The position numbers were made by a program, and so were the translations under genes. Below the pieces are notes generated by a model. It did not search any database. It was not told where the DNA came from and saw only the letters and a list, made by a program, of their open reading frames with translations. From an uncultured delta proteobacterium (GTDB lineage: Bacteria > Myxococcota_A > Polyangia > Polyangiales > Polyangiaceae): DNA of 64,000 nucleotides. Positions 31,067 through 42,936 of this stretch are shown in pieces; the first letter of the stretch is position 1; each line of letters opens with the position of its first letter. The stretch spans positions 256,001 through 320,000 of the forward strand of contig CAWKKR010000005.1 of NCBI GenBank assembly GCA_963850305.1, written 5' to 3'.

Positions 31067-31968
31067 AGGCACTCCTCGGAGCGATTGCAGCGCTCGTCGC
31101 CGTCGCTGTCGTCGTTCGCGGGAGACGCACGGGGCAAATCCTGGCGACGGTGCTGGGCTTCCTCGTCGGAGACGTCCTTCGTGTGCGTCGCGATCACGTC
31201 GAACGCGCGATGCGTCGGGCCGGGATCGACGACGCGTCGCGGACGGCACGCCGCATGTACCGTTCTCTCGGTCGTAGCATGGTCGAATTCGTCGCGATGT
31301 CGCTGAGGCCGGCCGATGCCGTCATCGACGTGAGAGTTCCGTCCGAGGTCATCGACGTGATCCGTCGGGACGGGCGCGGAGCCGTGATTGCGACGGCGCA
31401 TACCGGAAATTGGGACCTTGCCGCCTGCGCGATCGCGATGCACACGCCGCTGACGGTCGTCACGAAGCGACTCAGCGTGGGGCTCCTCGATCGATTCTGG
31501 CAGAAGGCGCGCCGGGCGCGCGGGGTGACGCTCGTCGGGGTTGGTGAGGCGGCTCGCGGGATCGCTCGAGCGGTCCGCCGGGGCGAGCTGGCCGCGATGC
31601 TGATCGATCAAGCGCCGGAGCGTGGGCGCGGCGTGAGCCGGACGAGGTTTCTCGAGGCCGATGCGTGGGTGGACCTGGCGCCGGCGCTGACGGCGCTTCG
31701 CGTCCGCGCGCCCCTCGTCGTCGCGTTTCCGCTTCGCGCTCCCGACGGTTCGCATCTCATCGAAGTGCGGGGCGTTTTCCAGCCGCCGTGCCGGGGTGGG
31801 CGGGTCTGGGCCATCGAGACCATGCGCGAGGCGACACGCTTGCTCGAGGTGTTCGTCCGGGAACATCCGGAGCAGTGGCTATGGATGCATCGGCGCTGGA
31901 AGGATGCCCCGGTTACCGATGGCTTGCCGTCCCGACGGGGCGGCCACCTTGCCGGCGTTTCCCCGTAA
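31063..31968 (+). CDS. Lipid A late acyltransferase family (LpxL/HtrB-like)
   Basis: TAHTGNWD (HX4D), MLIDQ, HPEQWLWMHRRWK. Confidence 0.88.
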   Translation: MKALLGAIAALVAVAVVVRGRRTGQILATVLGFLVGDVLRVRRDHVERAMRRAGIDDASRTARRMYRSLGRSMVEFVAMSLRPADAVIDVRVPSEVIDVIRRDGRGAVIATAHTGNWDLAACAIAMHTPLTVVTKRLSVGLLDRFWQKARRARGVTLVGVGEAARGIARAVRRGELAAMLIDQAPERGRGVSRTRFLEADAWVDLAPALTALRVRAPLVVAFPLRAPDGSHLIEVRGVFQPPCRGGRVWAIETMREATRLLEVFVREHPEQWLWMHRRWKDAPVTDGLPSRRGGHLAGVSP

Positions 31969-31983
31969 GGCTATCTGGTCTCG

Positions 31984-32760
31984 ATGTCGGCGGACGACTC
32001 TCTGCATATCGGGCGCCTCTCGTTCCAATCCCGACTGCTCGTGGGGACGGGGAAGTACAAGGACGCCGACGAGACGCGGCGCGCTCTCGAGGCGTCCGGT
32101 GCGGAGATCGTCACCGTGGCCCTTCGCCGCGTGGATTTGAAGGACCGCGGCCGCGGCTCGCTGATGGAGCTCGTGCTCAGCAAACGCTGGACGATCCTGC
32201 CCAATACCGCCGGTTGCTACACCGCGGAAGAAGCCGTGCGGACGCTAAACCTCGCGAGGGAGCTCGGCATCGCGGACATCGTCAAGCTCGAGGTGATCGG
32301 CGACCCGCGTACGCTGTATCCGGACAACGAGCAGACGCTGGAAGCGGCGAAGATTCTCGTGAAGGACGGCTTCACGGTCCTGCCGTATTGCATGGACGAT
32401 CCCGTCCTCTGCCGAAAGCTAGAGGATGCAGGATGTGCTGCGGTGATGCCGCTCGCGGCGCCGATTGGCTCCGGTCTCGGCATCCGCAACCCATACAACC
32501 TCGCCGTCATCCTCGAGCAAGCGAAAGTTCCGGTGATCGTCGACGCGGGTGTGGGAACGGCGAGCGACGCGGCCGTGGCGATGGAGCTCGGTTGCCACGG
32601 CGTGCTGATGAACACGGCCATCGCGCAAGCAAAGAACCCCGTGCTCATGGCGGAGGCAATGGGTGCTGCGGTGGGCGCCGGCAGGAAGGCGTTCCTGGCC
32701 GGGCGCATGCCGCGCCGCCTGCACGCGAGCGCTTCGAGTCCGGAAGCGGGCCTGATTTGA
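31984..32760 (+). CDS. thiG: Thiazole synthase
   Basis: [44 protein letters not shown]. Confidence 0.97.
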   Translation: MSADDSLHIGRLSFQSRLLVGTGKYKDADETRRALEASGAEIVTVALRRVDLKDRGRGSLMELVLSKRWTILPNTAGCYTAEEAVRTLNLARELGIADIVKLEVIGDPRTLYPDNEQTLEAAKILVKDGFTVLPYCMDDPVLCRKLEDAGCAAVMPLAAPIGSGLGIRNPYNLAVILEQAKVPVIVDAGVGTASDAAVAMELGCHGVLMNTAIAQAKNPVLMAEAMGAAVGAGRKAFLAGRMPRRLHASASSPEAGLI

Positions 32761-33986
32761 GGGCTGCCGTCGCGCCGGAACGCTTCAGTTCGTATCAGAG
32801 ACGGCTCTTCGTCTTCCTGAGCGCCGCGTCGTTCTTCGAAGGGTATGACTTCATCGCCCTCACGCAGATCTTGCCGAATTTCCGGGCAGCCATGGGCGTC
32901 GGGAAGGACACGATCGGCGACATGCTCGCGCTCATCAACCTGGGCACGGTCGTCGCCTTCGCGTTCATTCGCAGCGCGGACCGGTTCGGTCGCAAGAGCG
33001 TGCTCACCGCGACCATCGCCGGGTACACGACGATGACGTTTCTGTCCGGCCTCGCCCCGACGCCGTGGGCATTCGCCGTCTGTCAGATGCTCGCCAGGAT
33101 TTTTCTGGTCACTGAATATGTGACGAGCATGATTGTCATCTCCGAGGAGTTTCCGGCAACCCGGCGCGGCACAGCGATCGGCGTCGTGGCCGCGTTCTCC
33201 AGCTTCGGAGCGATCGTGTGCGCGGGACTGGTGCCGCTCCTGCTCGAGTCACGCTATGGGTGGCGCACCGTCTATCTGGTCGCGATCATCCCGCTTCTGG
33301 GAGTGGCGTACGCGCGGCGTGGCCTGAAGGAGACGCGGCGCTTCACGGAAACGGTCGCCGAGCCGTCCGCGAGGTCCTTTTTTCACGTCTGGAGGACGCC
33401 GCACCGGAAGAGGGTCGTCGAACTGGGAGTCGTGTGGTGTGTTGCGTACATCGCGACCCAGAACACGGTCACGTTCTTCAAGGACTTTGCCGTCAACGAG
33501 CGCGGTCTCTCGGACAAGCAGGTTGGCCTGTCCATCGGCGTGGCGGCGCTGGTGGCGCTGCCGCTCGTGTTTTACGTCGGGAAGATGCTCGATTCCCTGG
33601 GACGCCGGCCCGCGGCGGCTATCGTCTTCACGGCCGGCGCCATCGGGACCTGGTGCTCGTACACCGTCGCCGGTCAGGGTCTGCTCACCGTCTCCCTCGT
33701 GTTCGGCATCTTCTCCGCGAGCGCTTTTCTACCGGTCCTGAACGCTTTCTCGACGGAGCTGTTTCCCACGGACATGCGGGCGGACGGCTTTGCCTGGGCG
33801 AATAGCTTGCTCGGGCGGATCGGGTACGTCCTGTCGCCGATCGTAGTGGGCCACCTCGCCGTCCGATTCGGCTGGGGGCCGGTGATCCGAACCCTGGCGA
33901 TTTTCCCACTGATGGGCATTGGACTCGTCTACTGGCTGTTCCCGGAGACCAAAGGGATGTCGCTCGAAGAAACGTCGGCGCTGTGA
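32757..33986 (+). CDS. MFS transporter
   Basis: FFEGYD, ADRFGRK motif [28 protein letters not shown] start overlaps the thiG stop. Confidence 0.9.
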   Translation: MRAAVAPERFSSYQRRLFVFLSAASFFEGYDFIALTQILPNFRAAMGVGKDTIGDMLALINLGTVVAFAFIRSADRFGRKSVLTATIAGYTTMTFLSGLAPTPWAFAVCQMLARIFLVTEYVTSMIVISEEFPATRRGTAIGVVAAFSSFGAIVCAGLVPLLLESRYGWRTVYLVAIIPLLGVAYARRGLKETRRFTETVAEPSARSFFHVWRTPHRKRVVELGVVWCVAYIATQNTVTFFKDFAVNERGLSDKQVGLSIGVAALVALPLVFYVGKMLDSLGRRPAAAIVFTAGAIGTWCSYTVAGQGLLTVSLVFGIFSASAFLPVLNAFSTELFPTDMRADGFAWANSLLGRIGYVLSPIVVGHLAVRFGWGPVIRTLAIFPLMGIGLVYWLFPETKGMSLEETSAL

Positions 33987-34101
33987 CTGGAGCGGCTCCG
34001 GACTCGACTCGGGACTTACCCGTGGTCGCTGGCGTCGGTGTCTGGCTCGTCGTCTACGCGGTTCGAGCCCGAGCGTGACGTCGCGAGGCGCGCGTTCGAC
34101 G

Positions 34102-34728
34102 ATGCGACGGGTGCTTCCGCCGCTGATGGTGATCACGGATACCACCGTCCTTGCCACGCCGCTCTTGGAAGCTCGAATCGAGGAGGTTCTGGCCCGCTCG
34201 AAGCCGGCGTCGGTCATCATTCAGCTTCGCGACAGGCAGCTCGGTATTCGTGAACGCCTCGCACTCGGGACCCGGCTCCGCGAATGTTGCCGGCGATACG
34301 ACCAGTGGTTCGCCGTCAACGATCGGCTGGACGTGGCCCGGCTGCTCGATGCCGATGCCGTCCATCTGGGCGAAGGGAGCGTCGATGTGCACGATGCGCG
34401 CGCATTTCTCGGGCCGGGCGTCTGGGTTTCCGTTGCCTGCCACGAGGCGAGCCGCGCCGGACGGCTCGATGCGGACGCGGTCGTCGTGTCGCCGATCATG
34501 GCACCGAGAAAAGGCAATGCGCCGCTCGGGGTCGACGGCATCGCCGCGGCGAGAGCGAGTCTCGACGCCGGGCGCCGCGGTGCCGAGCTCTATGCCCTTG
34601 GCGGGGTGGACGCGTCCAATGCCGCGAGCTGTCTCGAGCATGGCGCCGCCGGAGTCGCGGTCGTCCGCAGCGTTCTGGGCGATGCGGCGCCCTGGCCGTT
34701 GCTCGCGGCGCTGCGAATTCTCAGATGA
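34102..34728 (+). CDS. thiE: Thiamine phosphate synthase / TenI-like
   Basis: IQLRDR, VNDRLDVA, VHLG, ACH, YALGGV. Confidence 0.8.
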   Translation: MRRVLPPLMVITDTTVLATPLLEARIEEVLARSKPASVIIQLRDRQLGIRERLALGTRLRECCRRYDQWFAVNDRLDVARLLDADAVHLGEGSVDVHDARAFLGPGVWVSVACHEASRAGRLDADAVVVSPIMAPRKGNAPLGVDGIAAARASLDAGRRGAELYALGGVDASNAASCLEHGAAGVAVVRSVLGDAAPWPLLAALRILR

Positions 34729-34735
34729 ACGACTG

Positions 34736-37700
34736 TCAGGCCTCGCGCTTCGCGAGCGAGTAGACGATCTTCGTTCGGTTGAGTTCCAGGACGGCGGCCC
34801 CTGGACCCTCGACGAACTGGACGGCGAGTACTTCCTTCGAAATGGAGTGGCGTGTTCCCGCAGAGCGGTCGAAACGTCGACGTCGTCAGAGGACCATGTC
34901 ACTGCGATGCGGTCGCTGACGTCGAGGCCCGCCTCTTTGCGGGCGTTCTGGAGCAAGCTGACGAACTCGCGCGCGATGCCTTCCCGGCGAAGCGCGTCGT
35001 CAATCTGCAGGTCGAGCGCCACCGTTACGTGCCCGTCGGTCGCGACTGCGGCATGGCCTTTGGACTCGCGCTTGAGGATCACGTCTGCGAGCGTGAGGTC
35101 GACGCCTTCGACGGTGACGGACTGTCCGGCTTCGAGGGCGGACACCTCCGGTGCACCCCACGCTGCCAGGGTCGCCCCGATCTCCTTCAGCTTCGGGCCG
35201 CATCTCTTGCCGAGGGTCTTGAAGTTCGGTTTGACGGTCACCGACGCAAGTGTCGTCTCGTCGAGTTCGACGCCGACACGCTTCACGTTGATCTCGTCCT
35301 CGATGAGCTCGGCCGAGGCCAGGACTGCTTCGCGCACGCGCGCGTCGCGATGCGCAACGGTGAGGCTCGACAGAGGCTGGCGAACCTTTATCTTGTGGTC
35401 CTCCCGGATCTTCCGCGCGAGCGCGACGACGGCGCGCACCACGCCCATGCGTTCTTCCAGTGCGGCGTCGATGAGCGTGACGTCCGCTTGCGGGAAATCC
35501 GAGAAGTGCACGCTCGGCGGCGCGCTCGCGTCGACCGCGACCACGAGCCGTTGATAGACGGTCTCGGTCAAGAATGGCATGAACGGGGCGAGCACCTTGG
35601 CGAAGGTGACGAGCACGTCGTAGAGCGTCGCGTAGGCATTCGTCTTGTCCGCATCGTCGTCGGACTTCCAGAACCGCGGTCGAGAACGCCGGACGTACCA
35701 GTTCGTCAGATCGTCGATGAACGCCACCAGGCGCGGCACGACGTTGTAGAGCCGGTAGCCCTCCATCTCGCGATTCACGTCGGACAGAAGGCTCTGCAGG
35801 ACGCTCAGGATCCATCGGTCGATGGCGGGACGCTCGCCCGGCGACGAGGGCCGTGTCGCCCCAGGGTCGTACCCATCGACGATGGCGTACGTGGTGAAGA
35901 AGCTCAGGGCGTTCCAGTACGGCAGCACGACGGTCCGCACGATTTCCTTGAGGCCGCGTTCGGAGAAACGGAGCGGCTCGCCGCGAACGACGGGGGAATC
36001 GATCATGTACGCGCGGACGGCGTCCGCACCGTACGTGGAGATGACGACGTTCGGGTCAGGGTAGTTCTTTTTGCTCTTCGACATCTTCTGGCCGTCCTCG
36101 GCCAGGATGAGCCCGTTCACCACGACGTTGCGGAACGGTGACCTGTCGAACAGCGACGTCCCGAGGACGAGCAGCGTGTAAAACCAGCCACGAGTCTGAT
36201 CGAGCCCCTCTGCGATGAAATGAGCCGGAAAGAACGACTCGAAGCGGTCTTCATTCTCGAACGGGTAGTGCTGCTGGGCGTAGGGCATCGACCCCGACTC
36301 GAACCAGCAATCCAGCACCTCCGGCGTGCGACGATAGGTCTTGCCGTCCTTCTGGATCACGACCTGATCCACGACGTGCTTGTGGAGGTCCGTCACCCGG
36401 ACGCCGCTCAATGCCTCGAGTTCCGCGATGGAACCGACGCAAATGCGGTCTGCGGGATCTCGTTCGTTGATCCAGAGCGGCATGCACGACCCCCAGAAAC
36501 GATTGCGGCTGATGTTCCAGTCGTTCGCGTCCTTGAGCCAGTTGCCGAACCTATTTTCGCCCACGGCCTGCGGGATCCAGGTCACCGTGCTGTTTTGCGC
36601 CGCGAGATCAGCTCGGATGTCCGCGACGCGGACGTACCAGGCGTCGATCGCGCGGTACACGAGCGGGGTCTCGGTTCGATAGCAAAATGGGTAGCTGTGA
36701 ACGAGCGTCGAATGAAGAACGAGGTGGCCATCTTCCTTCAGCTTCTTGATGATCGCCTTGTCCGCATCCTTGCATTGCTGGCCCACGAAGTCCGGCACAC
36801 GAGCGGTGAACCGGGCCTCGGTATCGAGCGGATCGACTAGCTCGATGCCGGCCCCGCGGCACACGCGAAAGTCGTCTTCTCCGTAGGCGGGAGCGAGATG
36901 GACGATGCCGGTGCCGTCCTCCGTCGTGACGAAGGCGTCCGCCAGTACGACGAAGCTATTTGCATGTTCCGCGAAGTACGGGAACAGCGGCTCGTAGGCC
37001 AGAGTCGTGAGCTCGGCGCCGTCGAAGCGCGCGAGTTCCGAAAATGAGGTCGAATAATGAGCGACGCGTGCCGCAGCGAGTACGCACAGCGGCGATCCAG
37101 GGGTAAATCGGCCGAGCACGTACTCGACGTTGGGCGCGACCGCGAGCGCGAGGTTCGACGGTAATGTCCACGGTGTCGTCGTCCACGCGAGCAGCCAGAC
37201 CGGCTCGTTATCGGTGATTGCGTCCTTCGGAGCGGCGGAGAGGAGTCGCTCGGCGCCGCGCGTGATCTGGAAACGTACCGTGATTGCCGGATCCTGGACG
37301 TCCTTGTAGTTCAGGTTCGCTTCGAAGTTCGAGAGGGGTGTCCCGAGCTTCCAGCTGTAGGGCATGATCCGGTAGGACTTGTAGACCCGACCCTTGTCCC
37401 AGAGCCGCTTGAACACCCACCACACGGACTCCATGAAGTCCGGGTCCATCGTCTTGTAGTCGTCGTCGAAGTCGACCCAGCGCCCCATTCGGGTGACGGT
37501 CCTCTGCCACTCGGCGACATAAGCGAGCACCATGGAACGGCACTGCTCGTTGAAAGCGGCAACGCCGCGCTCGTAGATCTGAGCGGCACCGGCCAGGCCC
37601 ATGGCCTCCTGGGCGAGCGCTTCGATCGGTAAACCGTGACAGTCCCACCCGAAGCGGCGCTCGACGGGATGCCCGCGCATGTTCCAGTAACGCGGCACGA

Positions 37701-37911
37701 TATCTTTGATCGTCCCCGCCAGGAGATGCCCGTAGTGCGGCGCTCCGGTCGCAAACGGCGGGCCGTCGTAGAATACGAAGGGTGTCCCGTTTGCGCGCCG
37801 GCGATTCGATTCGGCGAACGCGTCCAGCCGTTGCCAGAGTGCGAGCACTTCCTCTTCCAAGGCCGGGAAGTGGACCTGCGAGGGAACTTTTTCGAAGAGC
37901 GGACGGGACAT
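34736..37911 (-). CDS. ileS: Isoleucine--tRNA ligase, type 2 (frameshift near 34845)
   Basis: FYDGPPFATGAPHYGH, GWDCHGLP, WTTTPWTLPSN, EGLDQTRGWFY, KMSKSKKN; long type-2 C-terminus. Confidence 0.97.
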
Positions 37912-37958
37912 TCGACCGCGTCGCTTCTACCGCACGCGCCGCCATCGGGCGACCGTCC

Positions 37959-38594
37959 TCAGCGTGATGGCGCGGGTGCGCTTCCGCCAGCGGGCAAACA
38001 GACGGGCGACATGCACGCGAACCCTGGCTGACAATCGTTGTTGCTCATGCAGGGATAAACGCAGCGACCCACCTGCGTGTTGCATCTGTGCGAGCGGCAT
38101 TGCGCGTCGGATTGACAGGGCAGGGCGCTTCCGAGGTTCCAGCTGCCGGGCGACGCACTGGCGTTCGGGGACGGGCCGGCTGGCGAGGGCGGGTACTGAC
38201 CGTAGGACTGGGACGGCGCCCTTTGCCCGTAACCCTGGGGTGGTGGTGCGGACGCAGGCGGCTGCTGGCCGTAGTAACCAGGAGGCGGCTGCCCATCCCC
38301 TTGCTGACCGTACGGGGGCGGGTAACCCGGAGGAGGCTGGCCGTACTGCGGCTGTTGACCGTAAGATTGCTGACCGTAAGTTGGCGGCTGTCCGTAGGGC
38401 CCTGGTTGCGGTGGGGGCTGTCCATAGGCGGGTTGTGGCCCGTACGGCGGCGGCTGCCCGTAGCGACCACAAGGTGTCTGTCCACCGTACCCACCCTGAG
38501 CGGGCGGCGCGTCTTCTTCGTTCTTCTTGCAGGCGAGCGTCGCCAGCAAAGGAACCAGGATGGAAATCACGAAGACGAGACGATCCTGACGCAT
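37959..38594 (-). CDS. Putative lipoprotein with P/G/Y/Q low-complexity region and Cys-rich C-terminal domain
   Basis: Signal with LATLAC lipobox, YGQPPP repeats, CQSDAQC...[13 protein letters not shown]. Confidence 0.8.
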   Translation of the reverse strand: MRQDRLVFVISILVPLLATLACKKNEEDAPPAQGGYGGQTPCGRYGQPPPYGPQPAYGQPPPQPGPYGQPPTYGQQSYGQQPQYGQPPPGYPPPYGQQGDGQPPPGYYGQQPPASAPPPQGYGQRAPSQSYGQYPPSPAGPSPNASASPGSWNLGSALPCQSDAQCRSHRCNTQVGRCVYPCMSNNDCQPGFACMSPVCLPAGGSAPAPSR

Positions 38595-38691
38595 GAAAAC
38601 TCCGAGGGAAATCAATCTACCACCCCACTGGTCGATGATACATCGGTAAGCGAGGCGCGGGCGGCGTGGTATCCTCCCGATTCTCACGTTC

Positions 38692-39891
38692 ATGACCGGC
38701 AAGTCGGAGCAGGGAGAGCTTCTCGGATCCGAACCGGTGGAACGGCTCGAGGCGGTCGTGCTTGCGGCGCTGCGACGGAAGCCCGGCGGCGAAGCCAAGC
38801 TGGCGGGGGCCTTTCGCGCGCTCTGCCCCCACTCCGGGCGGTTATCCGGACTCCTCCGGCGCACCGTCGAGACTTTGACGCAGCGGGGGAGCTTCGCGCG
38901 CTCGCTGTACGTGGGCTCGGTGCGGGCGCTATGCGATGTCGACGCGAGCGCGGCTGCATTGGTGCTCGAGCGAGCGCTGCGGAGCGTCGACGCGGGAGGG
39001 CTCGCCACGCTTTCCGCGGCGTGTCGGATCGGGAGCGGCCGACTCGCCGAACCTCTCGCAAAGGTGGCGGGGTCGAGGCATTCGCATCTGGCGTTTGCCG
39101 CCGAAGTAGCGCGCATCGCGCGCTCGGAATCGGGGGGTGAGCGCATCGAAGAGCTAGCGCCGCGGATCAAGGAAAGTCACCGCATCGCGCTTTGCGTCGA
39201 CGTGTTCGTGCCCTTGCTCCGCGGCTCCCCCCTGCCGCTGGCGGTCGCCCCGGCGCTTGCCGTCCTGCGCGACGCAGAGCGACACCTCGGCCGCTGGCTC
39301 GTGTTCGCGGAGGTGGCCACCCGTGCCGGCGATCCAAAGCCGCTCGCGGAGGCGAGGTCCCGGGCCGTGGCCGGACCTTCCGCGGCCCGAGCGGCGTGGG
39401 CGCTCGTTGCATGGGCGCTCGCGGAAGGCGAGCCGCCGACGGTGAGACCGACGGTGGAGATTGTTTCGCGACTCTCTGACCGACCGAGTAGAGACCGCAA
39501 TCCAACGTTTCTCTATCGGCTCGCGGAGGCCAGAGTGCCGTCGGCGCGGCCGATGCTCGAGAGCCTGGCTCGCGGACCGCTGCGGACCGACGTTGCGGTG
39601 CGCGCCGCAATGTACCTCGCTCGCGACCATGGACGCGACGATCTGCGCGTCGCCCTGGCCGCCGTGATGGACAATCCCCGGCGTGATGCGCTCCGGGGGA
39701 TGGCTGCCGCCGCGCTGTTCGATCTTGGAGAGCGCGCGCGTGCGTCCGTGCTGGCCGATGAATTCGTGGTGAGTCGACAGCTGACGACGCTCGCATGGGG
39801 AGCGCTCCTTCGCGTAGCCCGCGCCGGAGGGCTGGACCGCGTCGTCTCGGAGCCTACCTACCGGCGCGTTCAACTCGGCTGGCTCGAATGA
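38692..39891 (+). CDS. Hypothetical alpha-helical (HEAT-like) protein
   Basis: 399-aa Ala/Leu/Arg-rich ORF with [10 protein letters not shown] and AAAALFDLG repeats; stop overlaps the next ATG. Confidence 0.7.
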   Translation: MTGKSEQGELLGSEPVERLEAVVLAALRRKPGGEAKLAGAFRALCPHSGRLSGLLRRTVETLTQRGSFARSLYVGSVRALCDVDASAAALVLERALRSVDAGGLATLSAACRIGSGRLAEPLAKVAGSRHSHLAFAAEVARIARSESGGERIEELAPRIKESHRIALCVDVFVPLLRGSPLPLAVAPALAVLRDAERHLGRWLVFAEVATRAGDPKPLAEARSRAVAGPSAARAAWALVAWALAEGEPPTVRPTVEIVSRLSDRPSRDRNPTFLYRLAEARVPSARPMLESLARGPLRTDVAVRAAMYLARDHGRDDLRVALAAVMDNPRRDALRGMAAAALFDLGERARASVLADEFVVSRQLTTLAWGALLRVARAGGLDRVVSEPTYRRVQLGWLE

Positions 39892-41432
39892 GCCACCTGT
39901 CGCGACCGATGCTCGTCATCGGTGCGATCATCGCGTGGGCGCAGAGCTCCATCGCCGAGTCCAACGCAGTTCGAGCTGCACCATCGTGTCTCACGGTCGC
40001 ACACGACGACCAAGGACATATCGTCCGCGCTGCGACCTCACACGCCTCTCCGTCGCGGACATTGCCGCCAATTCTGGCAGCGCAGATTGACGGCAGCGTA
40101 GACCACGACGCGCTTTCGTGGAGCCTTCTCTGTCCCCGGGGGAAGATGCCGGCCGGCTTGCGTCTGGAGTCGCGACGTCCCGACGGATCGTTTCTGGACG
40201 TGCTCGAGCCGCTCAGCGTGGTTGCCGCTTCGTGTCCCAGTGGCACGCCCGCGGGAGCAACGTGCGCCGACACCGGTCCAATCCGCATCGTGGTCGACGC
40301 GGTCGATCGCTCGTACGCGCCGTCAGCGTCGCACTCGCTGCTCGGAGAAGTTGGGGGAGCGCTCGAGGTCGTCGATCAGGGAGGCGTGCTCGCCCGCATT
40401 CCAGTGGGAGGCCCCCGCGAGAGCGCCATGGGTCCCATCGATTCGTACCGGGGGACGCTCCACTTGCACGTCGTCCGCACATCGCGGGGGGGCGCGCCGC
40501 CGGTCGGCGGAACCGACGCGGGGGCCCGCGCCGTCGCGATAGCCGAGGCACGAACGGCGAGCATGCTCTGGGGTCAGTGCGGCATCACCTTCGGGCGCGA
40601 CGACGAGGTTGCGGTGGACGTGGTCGATCCGCCGCCGTCGTTTCTCGTCGCATTCGGCTGCAATGCGGGTTTACCGTCGAGCGGAGGCGACGTCGCCCTC
40701 GCTGTCGATGGGAAGGAGGTCCGCGCGGCCACGCGGGTTGGCGACGAACCGGTTCGAGTGGCGGAGTCCTTCGCGCTTGCCGCCCAGAAGGCCGGATTTT
40801 CTGCCGTAGTCAGCCCGAACGCACGGATCTCGCCGGCGGCGTTGCGCACGGCGGACGTTCTGATCCGAGATGCCGACGGCGCTCTCGCCACGGTGGCTCG
40901 CATCGACGGGCAGCCCCCGACGACCGACGCGACGCTCGGCGTTTGCGTCGGAGAAGTGAACCTAGCGGACGGGCTGACGCACTTCGATGACCTCGACGCG
41001 GCCGCCGGCACGCTCGAGGAGCGAACGCTCATCAAGGCGTATCAGGACGACGATCCCTCGACGATCGACGTCTTCATCATTCCCAGCTTTTCGAAGACGG
41101 GCCGGATTGGAGAGTCGTTCATCGACTCGGACGGTTCGGCGATTCAAAACGTCGTTCTCGTCGATCGAGCCGGGATCAGGGCGGGGCCGCGCTCTTACGC
41201 GCTAGCGCACGAGCTCGGTCACGTGCTGCTCGATATGCCCGGTCATCCCGACGATTACGGCGTGGATCGGCCCTGGATGTTGATGGACGCGGACGCTACG
41301 GATGGCAGCGTCTTGGGCCCGCGCCGGCTATCTCTCGCCGACTGCGAGCGGGCCATCCGCGAGAGCGGGCCTCACGCGACGGCCCCGTTGCTCCGTCCCG
41401 TGCCGCTTCGAATGGCTCCCAACCAACCCTGA
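39888..41432 (+). CDS. Secreted protein with C-terminal zinc metallopeptidase motif
   Basis: N-terminal signal-like segment; LAHELGHVLLDMPGH followed by a Met-turn-like MLM. Confidence 0.7.
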   Translation: MSHLSRPMLVIGAIIAWAQSSIAESNAVRAAPSCLTVAHDDQGHIVRAATSHASPSRTLPPILAAQIDGSVDHDALSWSLLCPRGKMPAGLRLESRRPDGSFLDVLEPLSVVAASCPSGTPAGATCADTGPIRIVVDAVDRSYAPSASHSLLGEVGGALEVVDQGGVLARIPVGGPRESAMGPIDSYRGTLHLHVVRTSRGGAPPVGGTDAGARAVAIAEARTASMLWGQCGITFGRDDEVAVDVVDPPPSFLVAFGCNAGLPSSGGDVALAVDGKEVRAATRVGDEPVRVAESFALAAQKAGFSAVVSPNARISPAALRTADVLIRDADGALATVARIDGQPPTTDATLGVCVGEVNLADGLTHFDDLDAAAGTLEERTLIKAYQDDDPSTIDVFIIPSFSKTGRIGESFIDSDGSAIQNVVLVDRAGIRAGPRSYALAHELGHVLLDMPGHPDDYGVDRPWMLMDADATDGSVLGPRRLSLADCERAIRESGPHATAPLLRPVPLRMAPNQP

Positions 41433-41499
41433 TGACCCGTCAGTAGATGCCCATCGGCGAGAGCGCCTTCCCCGAAGCATGAAGCTCGGGTCGTCGCGT

Positions 41500-41690
41500 G
41501 GACGGTGGAGTCGAGTGTATCCTGCCGCGGCGTCGGGAACGAGGTCGGCCGTGACTTGGTGCCAAGAACCCGTTCAGTAGATGGACCCGGAGCCCTGCGA
41601 GCACCCCGAATTGTGACCGCGGGTCGAAAGATCCGGGAGCACGCCTAGTAGACTTCGATGACGAGGGCTCCTCTCGACGCGCCGAAAGGA
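41500..41690 (+). ncRNA. Predicted IS110 bridge RNA (boundaries approximate)
   Basis: About 250-nt leader containing TCAGTAG (41574-41580, equals left flank plus core) followed by CCTAGTAGA (41644-41652, equals reconstructed circle junction). Confidence 0.6.
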
Positions 41691-41700
41691 GGAGATGGTC

Positions 41701-42927
41701 ATGGAAGTCATGTATCCCCGTTGCGCGGGCCTCGACGTCCACAAGGATAGCGTCGTTGCCTGCGTGCGCTGCGTCAGCGAACCAACGCGGCGCGAGGTCC
41801 GAACGTTCGGCACGACCACACGTAGCCTCTTCGAGCTGGCGGAATGGCTCGAGGAGCACGGCGTGACCCACGTGGCGATGGAGGCCACCGGCGTGTACTG
41901 GAAGCCGGTCTGGCACATGCTCGAAGGGAGCTTCGAACTCGTGCTCGCGAACGCCCAGCACATTCGCAACGTGCCAGGGCGCAAGACCGACGTGAACGAC
42001 GCGACGTGGATCGCCGATCTGCTCGCGCACGGGCTGATCCGCAGCAGTTTCGTGCCTCCTGCGCGAATCCAGGAGCTGCGCGATCTCACTCGAACGCGCA
42101 AGCAGCTCGTGCGAGAAATCGCCCAGCACACGCTGCGCATACAGAAAACGCTCGAGGACTCGAACATCAAGGTCGCGAGCGTCCTGTCCAGCGTGCTCGG
42201 GACCAGCGGCCGGGCGATGCTCGCCGCTCTCATCGCCGGAGAAGATGACCCCGAGCGCCTTGCCGATCTCGCGGTCGGTACCGCGCGCAAGAAGAGGGCC
42301 GACTTGATCGAAGCGCTGCGCGGGCGGGTTACCCCTCATCACCGAGCCATGCTGAAGCTGCATCTCGGCGTCATCGGCTCGCTCGAAGGGGCCCTGGCCG
42401 AGATCGATGCAGCTGCGGGAAAAGCGCTGGAGCCGATCCGGGCGCACGCCGAGATCCTGACGACGATGCCGGGAGTGAGTGACATCGTCGCGAACGTGAT
42501 CGTGGCGGAGATCGGCGTCGACATGTCGCGCTTCCCGTCTGCGGGACACCTCGTGTCCTGGGCCGGCCTCTGCCCCCGCAACGACGAGAGCGCCGGCAAG
42601 CGTCGCTCGACGCGCGTCCGCAAGAGCGCCAACTGGCTCAAGACGACGCTCGTCACATCCGCCTGGGCCGCGGTGCGCACGAAGGAAAGCTACCTTCGAG
42701 CCCAGTTTCTCCGGCTCAAGTCCCGCCGTGGAGCAAAGAAGGCGATCTTGGCCGTCGCCGCATCGATGCTCACCGCCGCCTTCTACATGCTCCGCGACGG
42801 CACTCCCTACCGCGACCTCGGACCCCATCACTTCGACCGCCGCGACCAGAGCAAGACCATCAAACGCCTCGTCCGCCGCTTGACCGACCTCGGCTGCGAA
42901 GTCGAGATCAAACCTCATGCGGCGTAG
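41701..42927 (+). CDS. IS110 family recombinase/transposase
   Basis: DEDD residues in GLDVHKD, AMEATG, KTDVNDA; HhH TMPGV; candidate catalytic Ser in NDESAGK; RBS AAAGGAGG; alternative ATG at 41695. Confidence 0.97.
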   Translation: MEVMYPRCAGLDVHKDSVVACVRCVSEPTRREVRTFGTTTRSLFELAEWLEEHGVTHVAMEATGVYWKPVWHMLEGSFELVLANAQHIRNVPGRKTDVNDATWIADLLAHGLIRSSFVPPARIQELRDLTRTRKQLVREIAQHTLRIQKTLEDSNIKVASVLSSVLGTSGRAMLAALIAGEDDPERLADLAVGTARKKRADLIEALRGRVTPHHRAMLKLHLGVIGSLEGALAEIDAAAGKALEPIRAHAEILTTMPGVSDIVANVIVAEIGVDMSRFPSAGHLVSWAGLCPRNDESAGKRRSTRVRKSANWLKTTLVTSAWAAVRTKESYLRAQFLRLKSRRGAKKAILAVAASMLTAAFYMLRDGTPYRDLGPHHFDRRDQSKTIKRLVRRLTDLGCEVEIKPHAA

Positions 42928-42936
42928 AGCTTCCTA

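Noticed and set aside
34054..34735. C-terminal extension of IleRS to 1285 aa overlapping thiE
   Set aside because: A frameshift near 34845 hides the real stop at 34736
37725..37775. IleRS2 as a mupirocin hyper-resistance variant
   Set aside because: The signature reads canonical HYGH, not the swapped GXHH form; an ordinary type-2 enzyme
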